NCBI GenBank assembly: GCA_017551725.1
Contig: JAFZKY010000037.1
Location: 123,595-187,594, forward strand
Direction of reading: 5' to 3'
DNA from: Bacteroidales bacterium
GTDB taxonomy: Bacteria > Bacteroidota > Bacteroidia > Bacteroidales > WCHB1-69
Length of the DNA: 64,000 nucleotides
Shown here one piece after another: positions 37,601-46,352 of this stretch. The position numbers were made by a program, and so were the translations under genes. The notes below the pieces were generated by a model. It saw only the letters and a program-made list of their open reading frames with translations, did not search any database and was not told the origin of the DNA. Every line of letters starts with the position of its first letter. Position 1 is the first letter of the stretch.

Positions 37601-38449
37601 AACCAGATTCAGGCCTACCGCTTCTCCGGTGCATATCCGACCACCTATTATTCTTATCAGAACATTGACTTCGGAACAGTGCAAGGTTTCACGTTCGCCT
37701 ATAAGATGAACCGTACCAAGAACCTCACTCTTTCCGCCAACTACACATTGCAATATGCCAAGGGTACCGGTTCCAGCACGACATCCCAGCTTTCCATTCT
37801 TGCTGAAGGACAGCCTAACCTGAGAACCCTCACCAACCTTTCCTTCGACCAGAGACACCGTATCGGTATCAATTTGGACTACCGCTTCGAGAGCGGCGTG
37901 GACTACGATGGACCGAAGAAAGAGAAGACGGTCATGGTTGACGGCAAGCCGACCACAAAGACCATCCAATGGTTGGCCAACACGGGATTCTCCCTGTTGT
38001 TCTCCGCCGCTTCCGGCACGCCCTACACCCGTTCCGCCACACCGTACTCCATCACCGGTATCGGAACCTCCCAGGTGTCTGGTTCCATCAACGGCTCCAA
38101 CACTCCGTGGCAGTTCCAGTGTGACTTCCGTATTGACAAGACTTTCGTCTTCAATTTGAACAAGAATGCCAAGGACAAAGACGGCAACGCCAAATCCGCG
38201 AAGCCGGGTTATGTGACCGTCTATGTTGATATCGAAAACCTGTTCAACTTCAAGAACGTGATTTCCGTTTACGACTACACGGGCAATCCGGATGACGATG
38301 GTTTCATCTCCTCTGCAGAGTATCAACAGGTGATCAACTCCCAGGTCTATGTGCCGGGCTTCATCAACTACTACACGATGCGCGTTCAGAACCCCTACAA
38401 CTACAGCCGTCCTATCCGTGCCAGCTTAGGCTTACAATTCGGTTTTTAA
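34640..38449 (+). CDS. oversized TonB-dependent-receptor-like outer-membrane protein (CarboxypepD_reg-like domain + plug + roughly 1000-aa barrel)
   Basis: 1269 aa with a signal peptide (..FTSMAFSQ). STIKGKVLDQAGEPLAYTKVFL..DDKGDYSMFGVEPGTYDL is a carboxypeptidase-regulatory-like fold. Plug-like blocks are ISGDNVRTTPGRSVTSALANLEGV and IIDGVRVRG..IEEAQLIQGGIPAEYGD. The C-terminus is ..ASLGLQFGF. No SusD-like gene follows. Confidence 0.75.
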   Translation: MAMIKKLLSTLGVIILFTSMAFSQSSTIKGKVLDQAGEPLAYTKVFLKIGDKVVNMGMADDKGDYSMFGVEPGTYDLTADAQMTCKKSQTKTDIKVGSSQVMFIDFTIDCTNDVQEVIIKYEPPVFDPDNTSSTSRISGDNVRTTPGRSVTSALANLEGVSSVDGAMSSVRGNRADGQQTIIDGVRVRGNGSVSMASIEEAQLIQGGIPAEYGDGTSFTVITTKSAPKDFHGSLELRGSIDGYNNFLGAVSISGPLLKGKTKNDPTRIGFLFSGEISYDQDSRPLRGGYWVANDDVIEDIINNPLRYNPTSIGAWYQEACYLTSESFHKERVKKNAGTWDYLGQLKFDFVLGKKHNMRLSVGGSYEYLKGKSWGLGYALFKLETPTSINNTLRLNARLNHRVFTDTTGKAALKNIMYDINVNYTQFNSLSYASQHKDRLFEYGYIGKFTTQRKKGYSERKDDLQISWEGSSIVVHDAREFEGWQDSLVTFNINPEFNCNPILAQYTLNFIENYPVEDLHTYLGSNYPIDLNLYQQFGALRNGDSPDAIYSPYLYYSPGTVLGSYSKSQTEQFGVKASISMNVKNHELKFGYDFEKLTYRGYGIASYSLWQLMRTETNKHISELDKEHPIIEARYDADYERELIYVDYDRLNVLDDQTVFDRNLRRSLGLDPDGSDWIDIDNLDPTAFNINMFSAEELLTGTSSGSNSLVSYYGYDYTGKKNHKKTTITDFFDAMDKNGQRSYNIGAYEPIYMAFYLQDKFSINSLLFNIGLRVDRFDANQEVLKDPYLFREAYTVKDIRNLNSTIKFAGNVEDNWVVYYSGTDNYMSEEGIAGNEFNSTSIVGYRNGDTWYNAAGQEVVDPESELSLYVNGPILKNEIDKERNTKVESAAFEKYKAQWSVMPRISFSFPVSDNSLFYAHYNIITSRPTNLQISPVDYLFIHKRNSANDIVNNPNMKPQQSIDYEIGFRQKIGNKSSISISAYYSEKRNQIQAYRFSGAYPTTYYSYQNIDFGTVQGFTFAYKMNRTKNLTLSANYTLQYAKGTGSSTTSQLSILAEGQPNLRTLTNLSFDQRHRIGINLDYRFESGVDYDGPKKEKTVMVDGKPTTKTIQWLANTGFSLLFSAASGTPYTRSATPYSITGIGTSQVSGSINGSNTPWQFQCDFRIDKTFVFNLNKNAKDKDGNAKSAKPGYVTVYVDIENLFNFKNVISVYDYTGNPDDDGFISSAEYQQVINSQVYVPGFINYYTMRVQNPYNYSRPIRASLGLQFGF

Positions 38450-38476
38450 CAGTTTGAAATAAAAAAAAAGATATAT

Positions 38477-41400
38477 ATGAAAAACAGTAACAAAATTTTC
38501 TGCTTGACGCTCCTGATGGTCTGCATGGTATTCGGTACCGTGCGAGCCGAGAAAGTAAAAGGAGTTCGTAGATCCTCCTCACCCAAAGCGGAATCGGCGA
38601 CCTGTCTTCCGGCAAGTAACTCCAATGAGCTTTCGGTGAACAACGTACGTGCGTACATTGAAACCGGTGGTACGATGTGGTTCAAGGAAGTGGCCGAATA
38701 CGAAGTGCCCAAGGGATCCGGCAAAACCTCCATGTTCTCCGCAGCTTTGTGGATCGGTGGTCTGGATGCCAACGGCCAGTTGAAATTGGCTGCCGTCCGT
38801 TTCCGCCAAGTCGGCGACGACTACTGGACCGGACCTCTGAAAATCACGGGTGCCGGCACAACGCAATCTGAATGTATCAAGTTTGACAAACTGTTCAAAA
38901 TCTCGCGTGCGGAAGTGGATAACCACATTTCCAGTTTCAGCACCAGCGGCTACGTGACCCCTGCCAGCATTCTTAACTGGCCTGCCCACGGCGATGAAGG
39001 GTATTCCTACTATCTGGCCCCCTTCAAAGATGTGAACGTGAACGGTGTTTATGACCCGGAAGCCGGTGACTACCCGTACTATGACATCAACAACGACCTC
39101 TGTCCCTGGACGGAAGACAACATCGCCGCTGCAGCTGCCCATGAGCTGCCGAGAACACCCGAGGACCTGTGGATGGAATACCGCAATTATGGTGGCTCCG
39201 GTTCTGGTGAATTCCAGTATGACTGGAGACGTTCCAACGGTATGATTTATGCCGACCACGTGTTGAAAGGCGATGAAACCCTTTTCTGGATTTTCAACGA
39301 CAACGCCGGCGCCCACACCGAGTCTCAAGGTAGCCCCATCGGCTTGGAAATCCGCGGACAGTGCTTCGGATTCTCCACCAACGACGATCTGAACAACATG
39401 ACATTCTACTCCTACGAGATTATCAACCGTTCCACCTATACGCTGACGAACACGTTCTTCTCCCAATGGGTTGACCCCGATTTGGGTTATGAAAAAGACG
39501 ACTACGTAGGTTGCGACGTGGCTCGTGGTTTGGGTTACTGCTACAATGGTTCCAACGTGGACGGTACAGGCCAAACCAAGGCATACGGCGACCAACCGCC
39601 AGCGGTGGGTGTGGACTTCTTCCAAGGCCCCTACATGGATCCTGACAACCGCGACAACCCTAAATTCAACCCTGACAGCGCCTCTGTTCCTGGATATTGC
39701 AAAAAATTCCTCGATGATGAATTCGACCAGATGGCCATCAACGGTGTGAACTTCGGCGATGGCATCGTGGACAACGAGCGTTTCGGTATGAGAAGATTCG
39801 TGTATCACAACAACGACAACTCCGTGGTGGGTGACCCTGACGTGGCATTTGAATATTACAACATGCTGCAGGGTATCTGGAAAGACAACACCAAGATGCG
39901 CTACGGCGGAAACGCCCACTACACAGTAGGCGGTAACGGTCCTGAATGTGACTTCATGTTCCCCGCTCTGACGGACGTCTGTAACTGGGGTACGAAAGGT
40001 GAGGATCCTTCCGCTGCCACGTATGGTGCCGACGGATGGACGGAAGCCAATGTGGGCAACGCCCCCGCTGACCGTCGTTTCATGCAGTCCGCAGGCCCCT
40101 TCACGTTGAGACCGGGTTCTGTGAACTACATCACCGTTGGTATTCCATGGGCACGCGCTTCCCAAGGTGGCGCACAGGCTTCCGTGGAATTGCTGAAATT
40201 GGCCGATGATAAGTGCCAGTCGCTCTTCGAGAACTGCTTCAAAACCCTCGACGGCCCGTGGGCACCGGATTTGACCATCCGCGAACTTGAAAACCAATTG
40301 GTCATCTATATCTCCAACGAGAACAAAAACAGCAACAACTACCACGAAACCTACTTCGAATTGGATCCGCAGATTTCCAGAACACTGTCCACCTCCACGT
40401 TTGAAAAGGTGTACGACACATTATACGTGTATGATGTGAACGGAAATCCTGACACGGTAATCACCTCCAACATTGTAGCCGTCACCAAAGAAGACACGTT
40501 GAGCACCGAACAACGTCGCTATTACTTTGAAGGTTATCAGATTTACCAATTGGCAAACTCTTCCGTCAGCGCCACCGACCTGAACGATCCGAACAAGGCT
40601 ATTCTGATAGCCCAATGCGATATCAAAAATGGTGTAGGACAGATTGTGAACTGGGTTTACAATGAGGCTGTTGGAACATCTGTTGCCACGGAAATGGTGA
40701 ACGGCAGCGACCAAGGCATCTTCCACTCTTTCGTCGTGAAAGAAGACAAGTTCGCCACTGGTACGAACAAAGCGCTGGTGAACCACAAGGAATACTATTT
40801 CATGGCCATCGCTTATGGTTACAACCAATACAAGGAATTCAAACTGGATGCCGACTATCTTGACGGACAAAAGACACCGTATCTGGCCGGTCGTCTCAAC
40901 ATCGATGTTTACACTGGTATTCCGCACAAGTCCTCCGGCACTATCCAGAACAGCGTCTATGGCGATCAACCTATGATCACCCGTATTGAAGGACAGGGCA
41001 ATGGTGGTTTCTTCTTGGATATGACGGACGAATCCCGTCAGAAAATCTTGGAGAACAACACCTTCAACGACATTCAATACAAGAACAACTACGGTCCTCT
41101 GAATATCAAGGTGGTGGATCCGTTGCAGGTGAAACCTTACGACTACACCATCCGTCTGCTGCCCAACGATGTGGACAATGATGTGAACGACCAGACGGAA
41201 TGGCAATTGGTCATCAGCGACGAGGTTCCCGATGCCGAATTGGAAGAATTGGGCATTGAACGTGTTTCCAAAGCTGCCATGCCAATCAGCATGACCAATG
41301 AGGAATTGTTCCTCGACCTTGGTATTTCCATCTCGATCATCAACGACAACTTCAAGATTTATCAGAAGAATCTTAATGATTATGTGGCCGACAGCTTGGG

Positions 41401-43288
41401 CTTCAATTACAGAACCCTTACCTGGTACGGGCAGGTTGACCTTGTGGGTGCGACCATCGACTATGGTGACGGTCTGCCTTGGCTGACGGGTGTTGCCGAT
41501 ATTGAAGGTGACTATCCCGCCAACTGGATTCATGCTGGTAGCCAAGAAGCCGGAAAATGGTATGACTGGTACTCTCCCGATGAGGAACAACAGCATGGAG
41601 AGCCGGGTCAGGAAGGTGCCATGAACAAGTATTACGAATGGCGTACCGAAGACATGTGCTGTATCATGGACAAGGGAACACTGAACGAATCTGAGCCCAC
41701 CCGTGGATTCAAAGACCCGAACCAGCAGTTCGAGGGTATTTTGAACGGCACGTGGGCACCTTACGTGCTCTCATCCCCGTACGATGGAGGTCCTCAGGCC
41801 AAATACATCGTACCGGACAACAAATTCTATGATGAGGATGAAGGCAGTCCGGCCCCGGCATATTTCGACTTCACTCAGTTGAAAGGTTCTATCAGCAACC
41901 CGGGTTATAACCAGACGCTGACCAACCTGTACTCTGTTGACATCGTGTTGACTCCAGACAAGAGCCTTTGGACACGTGCTTTGGTATTGGAGGCTGGTTC
42001 AAGTCCTGAGTCAGAGAATTATAAAGTCAAACAGAACTTCAATGGCAAGACCTACACCAACTATCGTCATGAGCCGAAGACTTGTCCTTCCGTGGACAAG
42101 GATGGCAATCCTTACACAGGCACCGACAATGCTGCCAGCAACAACCCGGATGACCCGAACTACATCGGTGCTACCGGTTATGGTTGGTTCCCGGGCTATG
42201 CCATCAACGTGGAAACCGGCGAGCGTTTGAACATCATGTTCGCAGAAAACTCCCTGGATCCTTATAACAATGGTAGTGACATGATTTTCAACCCGACGAA
42301 TGTGTATGCTTTCTACCGTAATGCCGAAACACAAGAATTCATTCTGGATGAGGAAGGCAATCCTATGGGCATGAACCAAAGCACATTCAACATGATTCGT
42401 GACAGTTATGGTCAATATGCCATCATGTATGGTGAGCCTCAAAATGGTGGACGCCATTATGTTTACATCTGTGGCAGTTCCGGCAATACCTGTAGTATGT
42501 ATTACCGTTCCAGCACCCGTAAGCGTAACTTCAACGATTCCGACAAACAAACATCAAGCCAAGGTGTCAAACATGGTGGATATTTCACCGGTTCTGACGG
42601 AGGATACTATCCTTGGTACGATTGCGGTTCGTATGATAATGGCAGATGGCTGGGTGAAAAGTTCAAAACATTCGTCAACAAGAAAGACATGAACGATCCG
42701 GCCCGTATACTGATGAAGATGCAGTTGTTCAACAATGTCATGTACACCAGCATCCCGATGCCTTACATGATGATGGAAGACAACTGGCTCTCCTGCGATG
42801 CCACCATCAAGATTCGTGTTTCCCGTCCATACCTGAGATACTCTTCTCGCTGGTTTGATGATGCAAGCACGGCACCGAACGCTGACCAGAACGACGGTTA
42901 TCCTATGTACAAGTTCACCACAAAGAACCTCGCTCCGACCAAGTCGGAAACTGCAGAAGAGGTTCAGACTGTGCTTGACGACATCAACATCGTTCCGAAC
43001 CCGTACTACGGATTCTCCCAGTATGAGCAGACAGCTCTGCAGAACTACGTCCGCATCGTGAACCTTCCTGAAAAGTGTACCATCTCCATCTACACGGTCA
43101 ACGGTACACTCATCCGGACAATCACGAAGGGTAACACGGATTCTTACGTACAATGGGATTTGAAGAACCACGCCAACATCCCGATTGCCGGCGGTGTTTA
43201 CATCATCCATGTGAAAGCCGATGGATTCGGCGAACGCACGCTCCGGTTCTTCTGCGCAATGCGCCCAACAGACTTGAATGGTTTCTAA
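38477..43288 (+). CDS. giant secreted hypothetical protein (1603 aa) with T9SS C-terminal-domain-like end
   Basis: Signal peptide MKNSNKIFCLTLLMVCMVFGTVRA. About 24 Cys residues and several Asp/Asn/Gly-rich stretches (VNGVYDPEAGDYPYYD, DKDGNPYTGTDNAASNNPDDPN). I recognise no catalytic motif. The last roughly 100 aa are VPNPYYGF..VRIVNLPEKCTISIYTVNGTLIRTI..WDLKNHANIPIAGGVYIIHVKADGFGERTLRFF, which resembles T9SS CTD beta-sandwiches. Confidence 0.7.
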   Translation: MKNSNKIFCLTLLMVCMVFGTVRAEKVKGVRRSSSPKAESATCLPASNSNELSVNNVRAYIETGGTMWFKEVAEYEVPKGSGKTSMFSAALWIGGLDANGQLKLAAVRFRQVGDDYWTGPLKITGAGTTQSECIKFDKLFKISRAEVDNHISSFSTSGYVTPASILNWPAHGDEGYSYYLAPFKDVNVNGVYDPEAGDYPYYDINNDLCPWTEDNIAAAAAHELPRTPEDLWMEYRNYGGSGSGEFQYDWRRSNGMIYADHVLKGDETLFWIFNDNAGAHTESQGSPIGLEIRGQCFGFSTNDDLNNMTFYSYEIINRSTYTLTNTFFSQWVDPDLGYEKDDYVGCDVARGLGYCYNGSNVDGTGQTKAYGDQPPAVGVDFFQGPYMDPDNRDNPKFNPDSASVPGYCKKFLDDEFDQMAINGVNFGDGIVDNERFGMRRFVYHNNDNSVVGDPDVAFEYYNMLQGIWKDNTKMRYGGNAHYTVGGNGPECDFMFPALTDVCNWGTKGEDPSAATYGADGWTEANVGNAPADRRFMQSAGPFTLRPGSVNYITVGIPWARASQGGAQASVELLKLADDKCQSLFENCFKTLDGPWAPDLTIRELENQLVIYISNENKNSNNYHETYFELDPQISRTLSTSTFEKVYDTLYVYDVNGNPDTVITSNIVAVTKEDTLSTEQRRYYFEGYQIYQLANSSVSATDLNDPNKAILIAQCDIKNGVGQIVNWVYNEAVGTSVATEMVNGSDQGIFHSFVVKEDKFATGTNKALVNHKEYYFMAIAYGYNQYKEFKLDADYLDGQKTPYLAGRLNIDVYTGIPHKSSGTIQNSVYGDQPMITRIEGQGNGGFFLDMTDESRQKILENNTFNDIQYKNNYGPLNIKVVDPLQVKPYDYTIRLLPNDVDNDVNDQTEWQLVISDEVPDAELEELGIERVSKAAMPISMTNEELFLDLGISISIINDNFKIYQKNLNDYVADSLGFNYRTLTWYGQVDLVGATIDYGDGLPWLTGVADIEGDYPANWIHAGSQEAGKWYDWYSPDEEQQHGEPGQEGAMNKYYEWRTEDMCCIMDKGTLNESEPTRGFKDPNQQFEGILNGTWAPYVLSSPYDGGPQAKYIVPDNKFYDEDEGSPAPAYFDFTQLKGSISNPGYNQTLTNLYSVDIVLTPDKSLWTRALVLEAGSSPESENYKVKQNFNGKTYTNYRHEPKTCPSVDKDGNPYTGTDNAASNNPDDPNYIGATGYGWFPGYAINVETGERLNIMFAENSLDPYNNGSDMIFNPTNVYAFYRNAETQEFILDEEGNPMGMNQSTFNMIRDSYGQYAIMYGEPQNGGRHYVYICGSSGNTCSMYYRSSTRKRNFNDSDKQTSSQGVKHGGYFTGSDGGYYPWYDCGSYDNGRWLGEKFKTFVNKKDMNDPARILMKMQLFNNVMYTSIPMPYMMMEDNWLSCDATIKIRVSRPYLRYSSRWFDDASTAPNADQNDGYPMYKFTTKNLAPTKSETAEEVQTVLDDINIVPNPYYGFSQYEQTALQNYVRIVNLPEKCTISIYTVNGTLIRTITKGNTDSYVQWDLKNHANIPIAGGVYIIHVKADGFGERTLRFFCAMRPTDLNGF

Positions 43289-43316
43289 AATTATTAATCT
43301 GTAAAAATCCAAGAAT

Positions 43317-44498
43317 ATGAAAAATATATATAAGTCATTAATAATTTGCACAATGATTGCTCTTTTATCTGTCGGTACGTCCTACAACGTACTGGCAGGT
43401 AACAGAGACCGTTCCGGTCAGGCTGGTGCATCGCATCTGCTGATAGACCCCTGGGCACGCACCAACGGTATGGCGAATGCCGGCGTAGCCGAAATTCGCG
43501 GATTGGAGTCTGTATATTCCAATGTAGCCGGTTTGACGTACGTGAAAAAGACGGAATTTGCCTTCAACCGCACCCAATACTTGGTGGGTTCCAACTGTGG
43601 CATCAACATCAACGCCTTAGCCTTTGCCCAGCACCTCGGCAAGAACAAGGATTTTGGTACGATCGGTATCTCCTTCTCATCCATGGGTTTCGGCAACGTC
43701 CAGATTACCACGGTCAACCAGCCGGAGGGCGGTTTGGGAACATTCTCTCCCTCCCTTTCCGTTATCGGTATCCATTATGCCAAATCCTTCAACAACTTCA
43801 TCAAGGGTGGTGTTTCCCTGAAGATTGTGAACGAACGCATCGCTGACCTGCACGCCACGGGTTTTGCCATCGATGCCGGTGTCCAATACATTGCCGGTAA
43901 GTTCGAGAACTTCAAAATCGGCGTGACTTTGAAGAACATCGGTCTGCCCATGTCCTACAAGGGCGATGGTTTGACCTACAGAGGCCGAATCAACAACACG
44001 TCCGTTGAGCAGACATTGGCCGTCCGTTCCGCAGAATATGAGATGCCCTCCCTGTTGGCTATCGGTATTTCCTACGACTTCCTGTTTTTCGGCGGCGAAT
44101 ATGCTGGCATGTCCAAAGCCGAATTGGAAGAGGAAGGCCTCACCCGTGATGACGCAGCACACCGCATCACCCTGGCTGGTACCTTCACCGCCAACTCCTA
44201 CTCCCGCGACATCTTCGCCGTGGGTCTTGAATACGGCTTCATGAACTACTTCATGGTTCGCGCCGGCTACGCCCTGGAGAATGTCACGAAACGCACGGAA
44301 ACGAACGACGAAGGCCAAGAGCTTAGCACGATTCTGTTCAACAACGACTCGTTCTTTGCCGGTCCTTCCGCAGGTGCCACTGCTATCATCCCGTTGAAGA
44401 AAGGTAATACCGGTGCCCGTATTTACATTGACTATGCCTACAGATTCACCAACAAGTGGAGAGGCAATCACGTCATCGGTATCAAAGTCACCTTATAG
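43317..44498 (+). CDS. PorV/PorQ-family outer-membrane beta-barrel protein (T9SS shuttle-like)
   Basis: 393 aa with a signal peptide. The N-terminal block GQAGASHLLIDPWARTNGMANAGVAEIRGLESVYSNVAGL follows the PorV/PorQ pattern (G.aGa..L.i.p.AR..GMg.aGvA......NvAGL). The size equals that of PorV proteins, and the C-terminus is ..GNHVIGIKVTL. Confidence 0.7.
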   Translation: MKNIYKSLIICTMIALLSVGTSYNVLAGNRDRSGQAGASHLLIDPWARTNGMANAGVAEIRGLESVYSNVAGLTYVKKTEFAFNRTQYLVGSNCGININALAFAQHLGKNKDFGTIGISFSSMGFGNVQITTVNQPEGGLGTFSPSLSVIGIHYAKSFNNFIKGGVSLKIVNERIADLHATGFAIDAGVQYIAGKFENFKIGVTLKNIGLPMSYKGDGLTYRGRINNTSVEQTLAVRSAEYEMPSLLAIGISYDFLFFGGEYAGMSKAELEEEGLTRDDAAHRITLAGTFTANSYSRDIFAVGLEYGFMNYFMVRAGYALENVTKRTETNDEGQELSTILFNNDSFFAGPSAGATAIIPLKKGNTGARIYIDYAYRFTNKWRGNHVIGIKVTL

Positions 44499-44522
44499 AA
44501 TTTAATAACCTTTTATAACCCG

Positions 44523-44557
44523 AAAATAGAAGAGACTTTTACGGTCTCTTCTATTTT
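44523..44557 (+). terminator. strong rho-independent terminator after the PorV-family gene
   Basis: A 14-bp perfect stem pairs aaaatagaagagac (44523-44536) with gtctcttctatttt (44544-44557) around a 7-nt loop. The 3' arm ends in a T-run. Confidence 0.75.
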
Positions 44558-44581
44558 ATATTTTAACAACAAGAAGAAAAA

Positions 44582-45055
44582 ATGGAAGACGTAAAGTATT
44601 ACACTCAAGAAGGCTTGGACGCACTAAAGCGCGAACTCAACGAACTGGAAGCCGTCGAACGGCCGAAAATATCACAGGCAATTGCCGAAGCCCGCGACAA
44701 AGGCGATCTCTCGGAAAACGCCGAGTATGATGCGGCCAAGGAGGCCCAAGGACTGCTGGAACTCAAAATTGCCAACCTGCGCAACCTCATCGCCAAAGCC
44801 CGTATCCTGGACGAGTCCAAAATCGATATTTCCAAAGTGCTCATCTACTCTATTGTAAAAGTTCGCAATATCAAGAACAATGCCACGATGACGTACACCA
44901 TCGTCCCGGAATCCGAATCCGACCTCAAAGCCGGCAAGATCTCGGTCTCAAGCCCGCTGGCCAAAGCCCTGATCGGCAACTCCAAGGGCGACACGGTGAC
45001 CGTGCAAGCCCCCGCCGGCAGCATGGACTTTGAAATTCTGGATGTATCACGCTAA
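44582..45055 (+). CDS. greA: transcription elongation factor GreA
   Basis: 157 aa. The N-terminal coiled coil has AEARDKGDLSENAEYDAAKE, the conserved acidic tip region. The C-terminal part is a GreA/B globular domain. Confidence 0.93.
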   Translation: MEDVKYYTQEGLDALKRELNELEAVERPKISQAIAEARDKGDLSENAEYDAAKEAQGLLELKIANLRNLIAKARILDESKIDISKVLIYSIVKVRNIKNNATMTYTIVPESESDLKAGKISVSSPLAKALIGNSKGDTVTVQAPAGSMDFEILDVSR

Positions 45056-45067
45056 TTCTAAAACATC

Positions 45068-45469
45068 ATGGAAGATACCATTTTCACCAAAATCGTCAAG
45101 GGCGAAATCCCCTGCTATAAGATAGCCGAAAACGACAAGTTTTTTGCCTTTTTGGACATCTCTCCCATTGCCAAAGGACACACACTGGTCATCACCAAGC
45201 TGCAAAACGACTATATCTTTGACCTGCCGGACGACCTGTTGGGCGAGATGATGGTCTTCGCAAAGAAGGTGGCTGTCGGCATCCGGGAAGCCATCCCTTG
45301 CAACCGCATCGGCGTGGCCGTCATCGGCATCGACGTGCCGCACAACCACATCCATCTGGTGCCCATCAACGGCGTCGGCGACCTGAACTTCAAGGCCGAA
45401 CGCGTCAAGCTGACCCCGGAGGAATTCCAGCAGATTGCGGCCGACATCGCCCAGAAAATCAAATTATAA
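45068..45469 (+). CDS. HIT-family (histidine triad) nucleotide-binding protein
   Basis: 133 aa. IFTKIVKGEIPCYKIAEND is followed by the histidine triad VPHNHIHLVP. Confidence 0.9.
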   Translation: MEDTIFTKIVKGEIPCYKIAENDKFFAFLDISPIAKGHTLVITKLQNDYIFDLPDDLLGEMMVFAKKVAVGIREAIPCNRIGVAVIGIDVPHNHIHLVPINGVGDLNFKAERVKLTPEEFQQIAADIAQKIKL

Positions 45470-45489
45470 ACCGAAAAATCGTTTTTAAT

Positions 45490-46332
45490 ATGGATACAAA
45501 AGGATTACAAGACATTGCAGCTCAAGTACGGAGAGACATCATCCGCATGGTTCACGGTGCCAAGTCGGGCCATCCCGGCGGTTCGCTCGGATGCGCCGAT
45601 TTCCTGACGGCGCTCTTTTTCCAAATCATGGAAATCGACCCGGAGAAATTCACCAAGGAAGGCAACGGCGAGGACATGTTCTTTTTATCCAACGGCCATA
45701 TCACCCCGGTTTTGTACAGCGTGATGGCCCGCAGAGGCTTCTTCCCCGTTTCCGAGTTAGCCACCTTCCGCAAGCTGCACACGCGCCTGCAAGGGCACCC
45801 CACCCCGGTGGAAGGCCTGCCCGGCATCCGCATCGCATCCGGCTCGCTGGGACAGGGTGTCTCAGTGGCCATCGGGGCCGCCTTGGCGAAAAAAGCCAAC
45901 CAGGACCCGCATCTGGTCTATGCATTGACCGGCGACGGCGAGCTGCAGGAAGGCCAGATCTGGGAAGCCCTGATGTTTGCCGGTGCCAAACATGTAGATA
46001 ACCTCATCGTGACGGTGGACTACAACGGCAAGCAGATTGACGGCCCTACGGACCAAGTGTGCAACCTCGGCAAGATCCGCTCCAAATTCGAGGCTTTCAA
46101 CTGGATGGTACTGGAAATGGACGGCAACGACATGAAGAAATGCGTGCAGACGCTCACATTAGCGAAGACCTTGGCACGCAACCAGAAGCCCGTCGCCATC
46201 ATTATGAAGACCGAAATGGGCAAGGGCGTGGACTTCATGATGGGCACGCACAAATGGCACGGCTCAGCCCCCAACGACGAACAGGCTACCGCCGCACTGG
46301 CCCAGCTGCCTGAAACCCTTGGTGATTACTAA
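45490..46332 (+). CDS. transketolase, N-terminal (TPP-binding) subunit only
   Basis: I prefer the start MDTKGLQDIAAQVRRDII (ATG at 45490); the ORF-track extension from 45298 overlaps the HIT gene. Motifs GHPGGSLG, GDGELQEGQIWEA and HKWHG are present. The protein is 280 aa and ends where split transketolases end. No C-terminal subunit gene follows. Confidence 0.85.
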   Translation: MDTKGLQDIAAQVRRDIIRMVHGAKSGHPGGSLGCADFLTALFFQIMEIDPEKFTKEGNGEDMFFLSNGHITPVLYSVMARRGFFPVSELATFRKLHTRLQGHPTPVEGLPGIRIASGSLGQGVSVAIGAALAKKANQDPHLVYALTGDGELQEGQIWEALMFAGAKHVDNLIVTVDYNGKQIDGPTDQVCNLGKIRSKFEAFNWMVLEMDGNDMKKCVQTLTLAKTLARNQKPVAIIMKTEMGKGVDFMMGTHKWHGSAPNDEQATAALAQLPETLGDY

Positions 46333-46352
46333 CAGACCATACCCGCCGTCTC

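Noticed and set aside
38477-43288. Possibility that the 1603-aa protein is the PorU sortase, since it precedes a PorV-family gene
   Set aside because: I could not find the C25-peptidase-type His (..GHG..) and Cys (..TCD..) motifs that I recall from PorU. The N-terminal region does not resemble PorU and the protein is several hundred residues longer. The idea is retained only as something a profile search should exclude formally.
35762-44471. Series of 260-590-aa minus-strand ORFs (35762-37207, 37235-38326, 38579-40345, 40421-41596, 42554-43351, 43677-44471) opposite the three-gene outer-membrane module
   Set aside because: All are antisense shadows with V/G/D/H/L-rich composition. The + strand genes have signal peptides, plug/CTD/PorV motifs and terminal aromatic residues.
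45298-45489. Upstream extension of the transketolase ORF overlapping the HIT gene
   Set aside because: The extension is Arg/Pro-rich out-of-frame read-through of the HIT coding region. The conserved transketolase N-terminus begins at the ATG at 45490.
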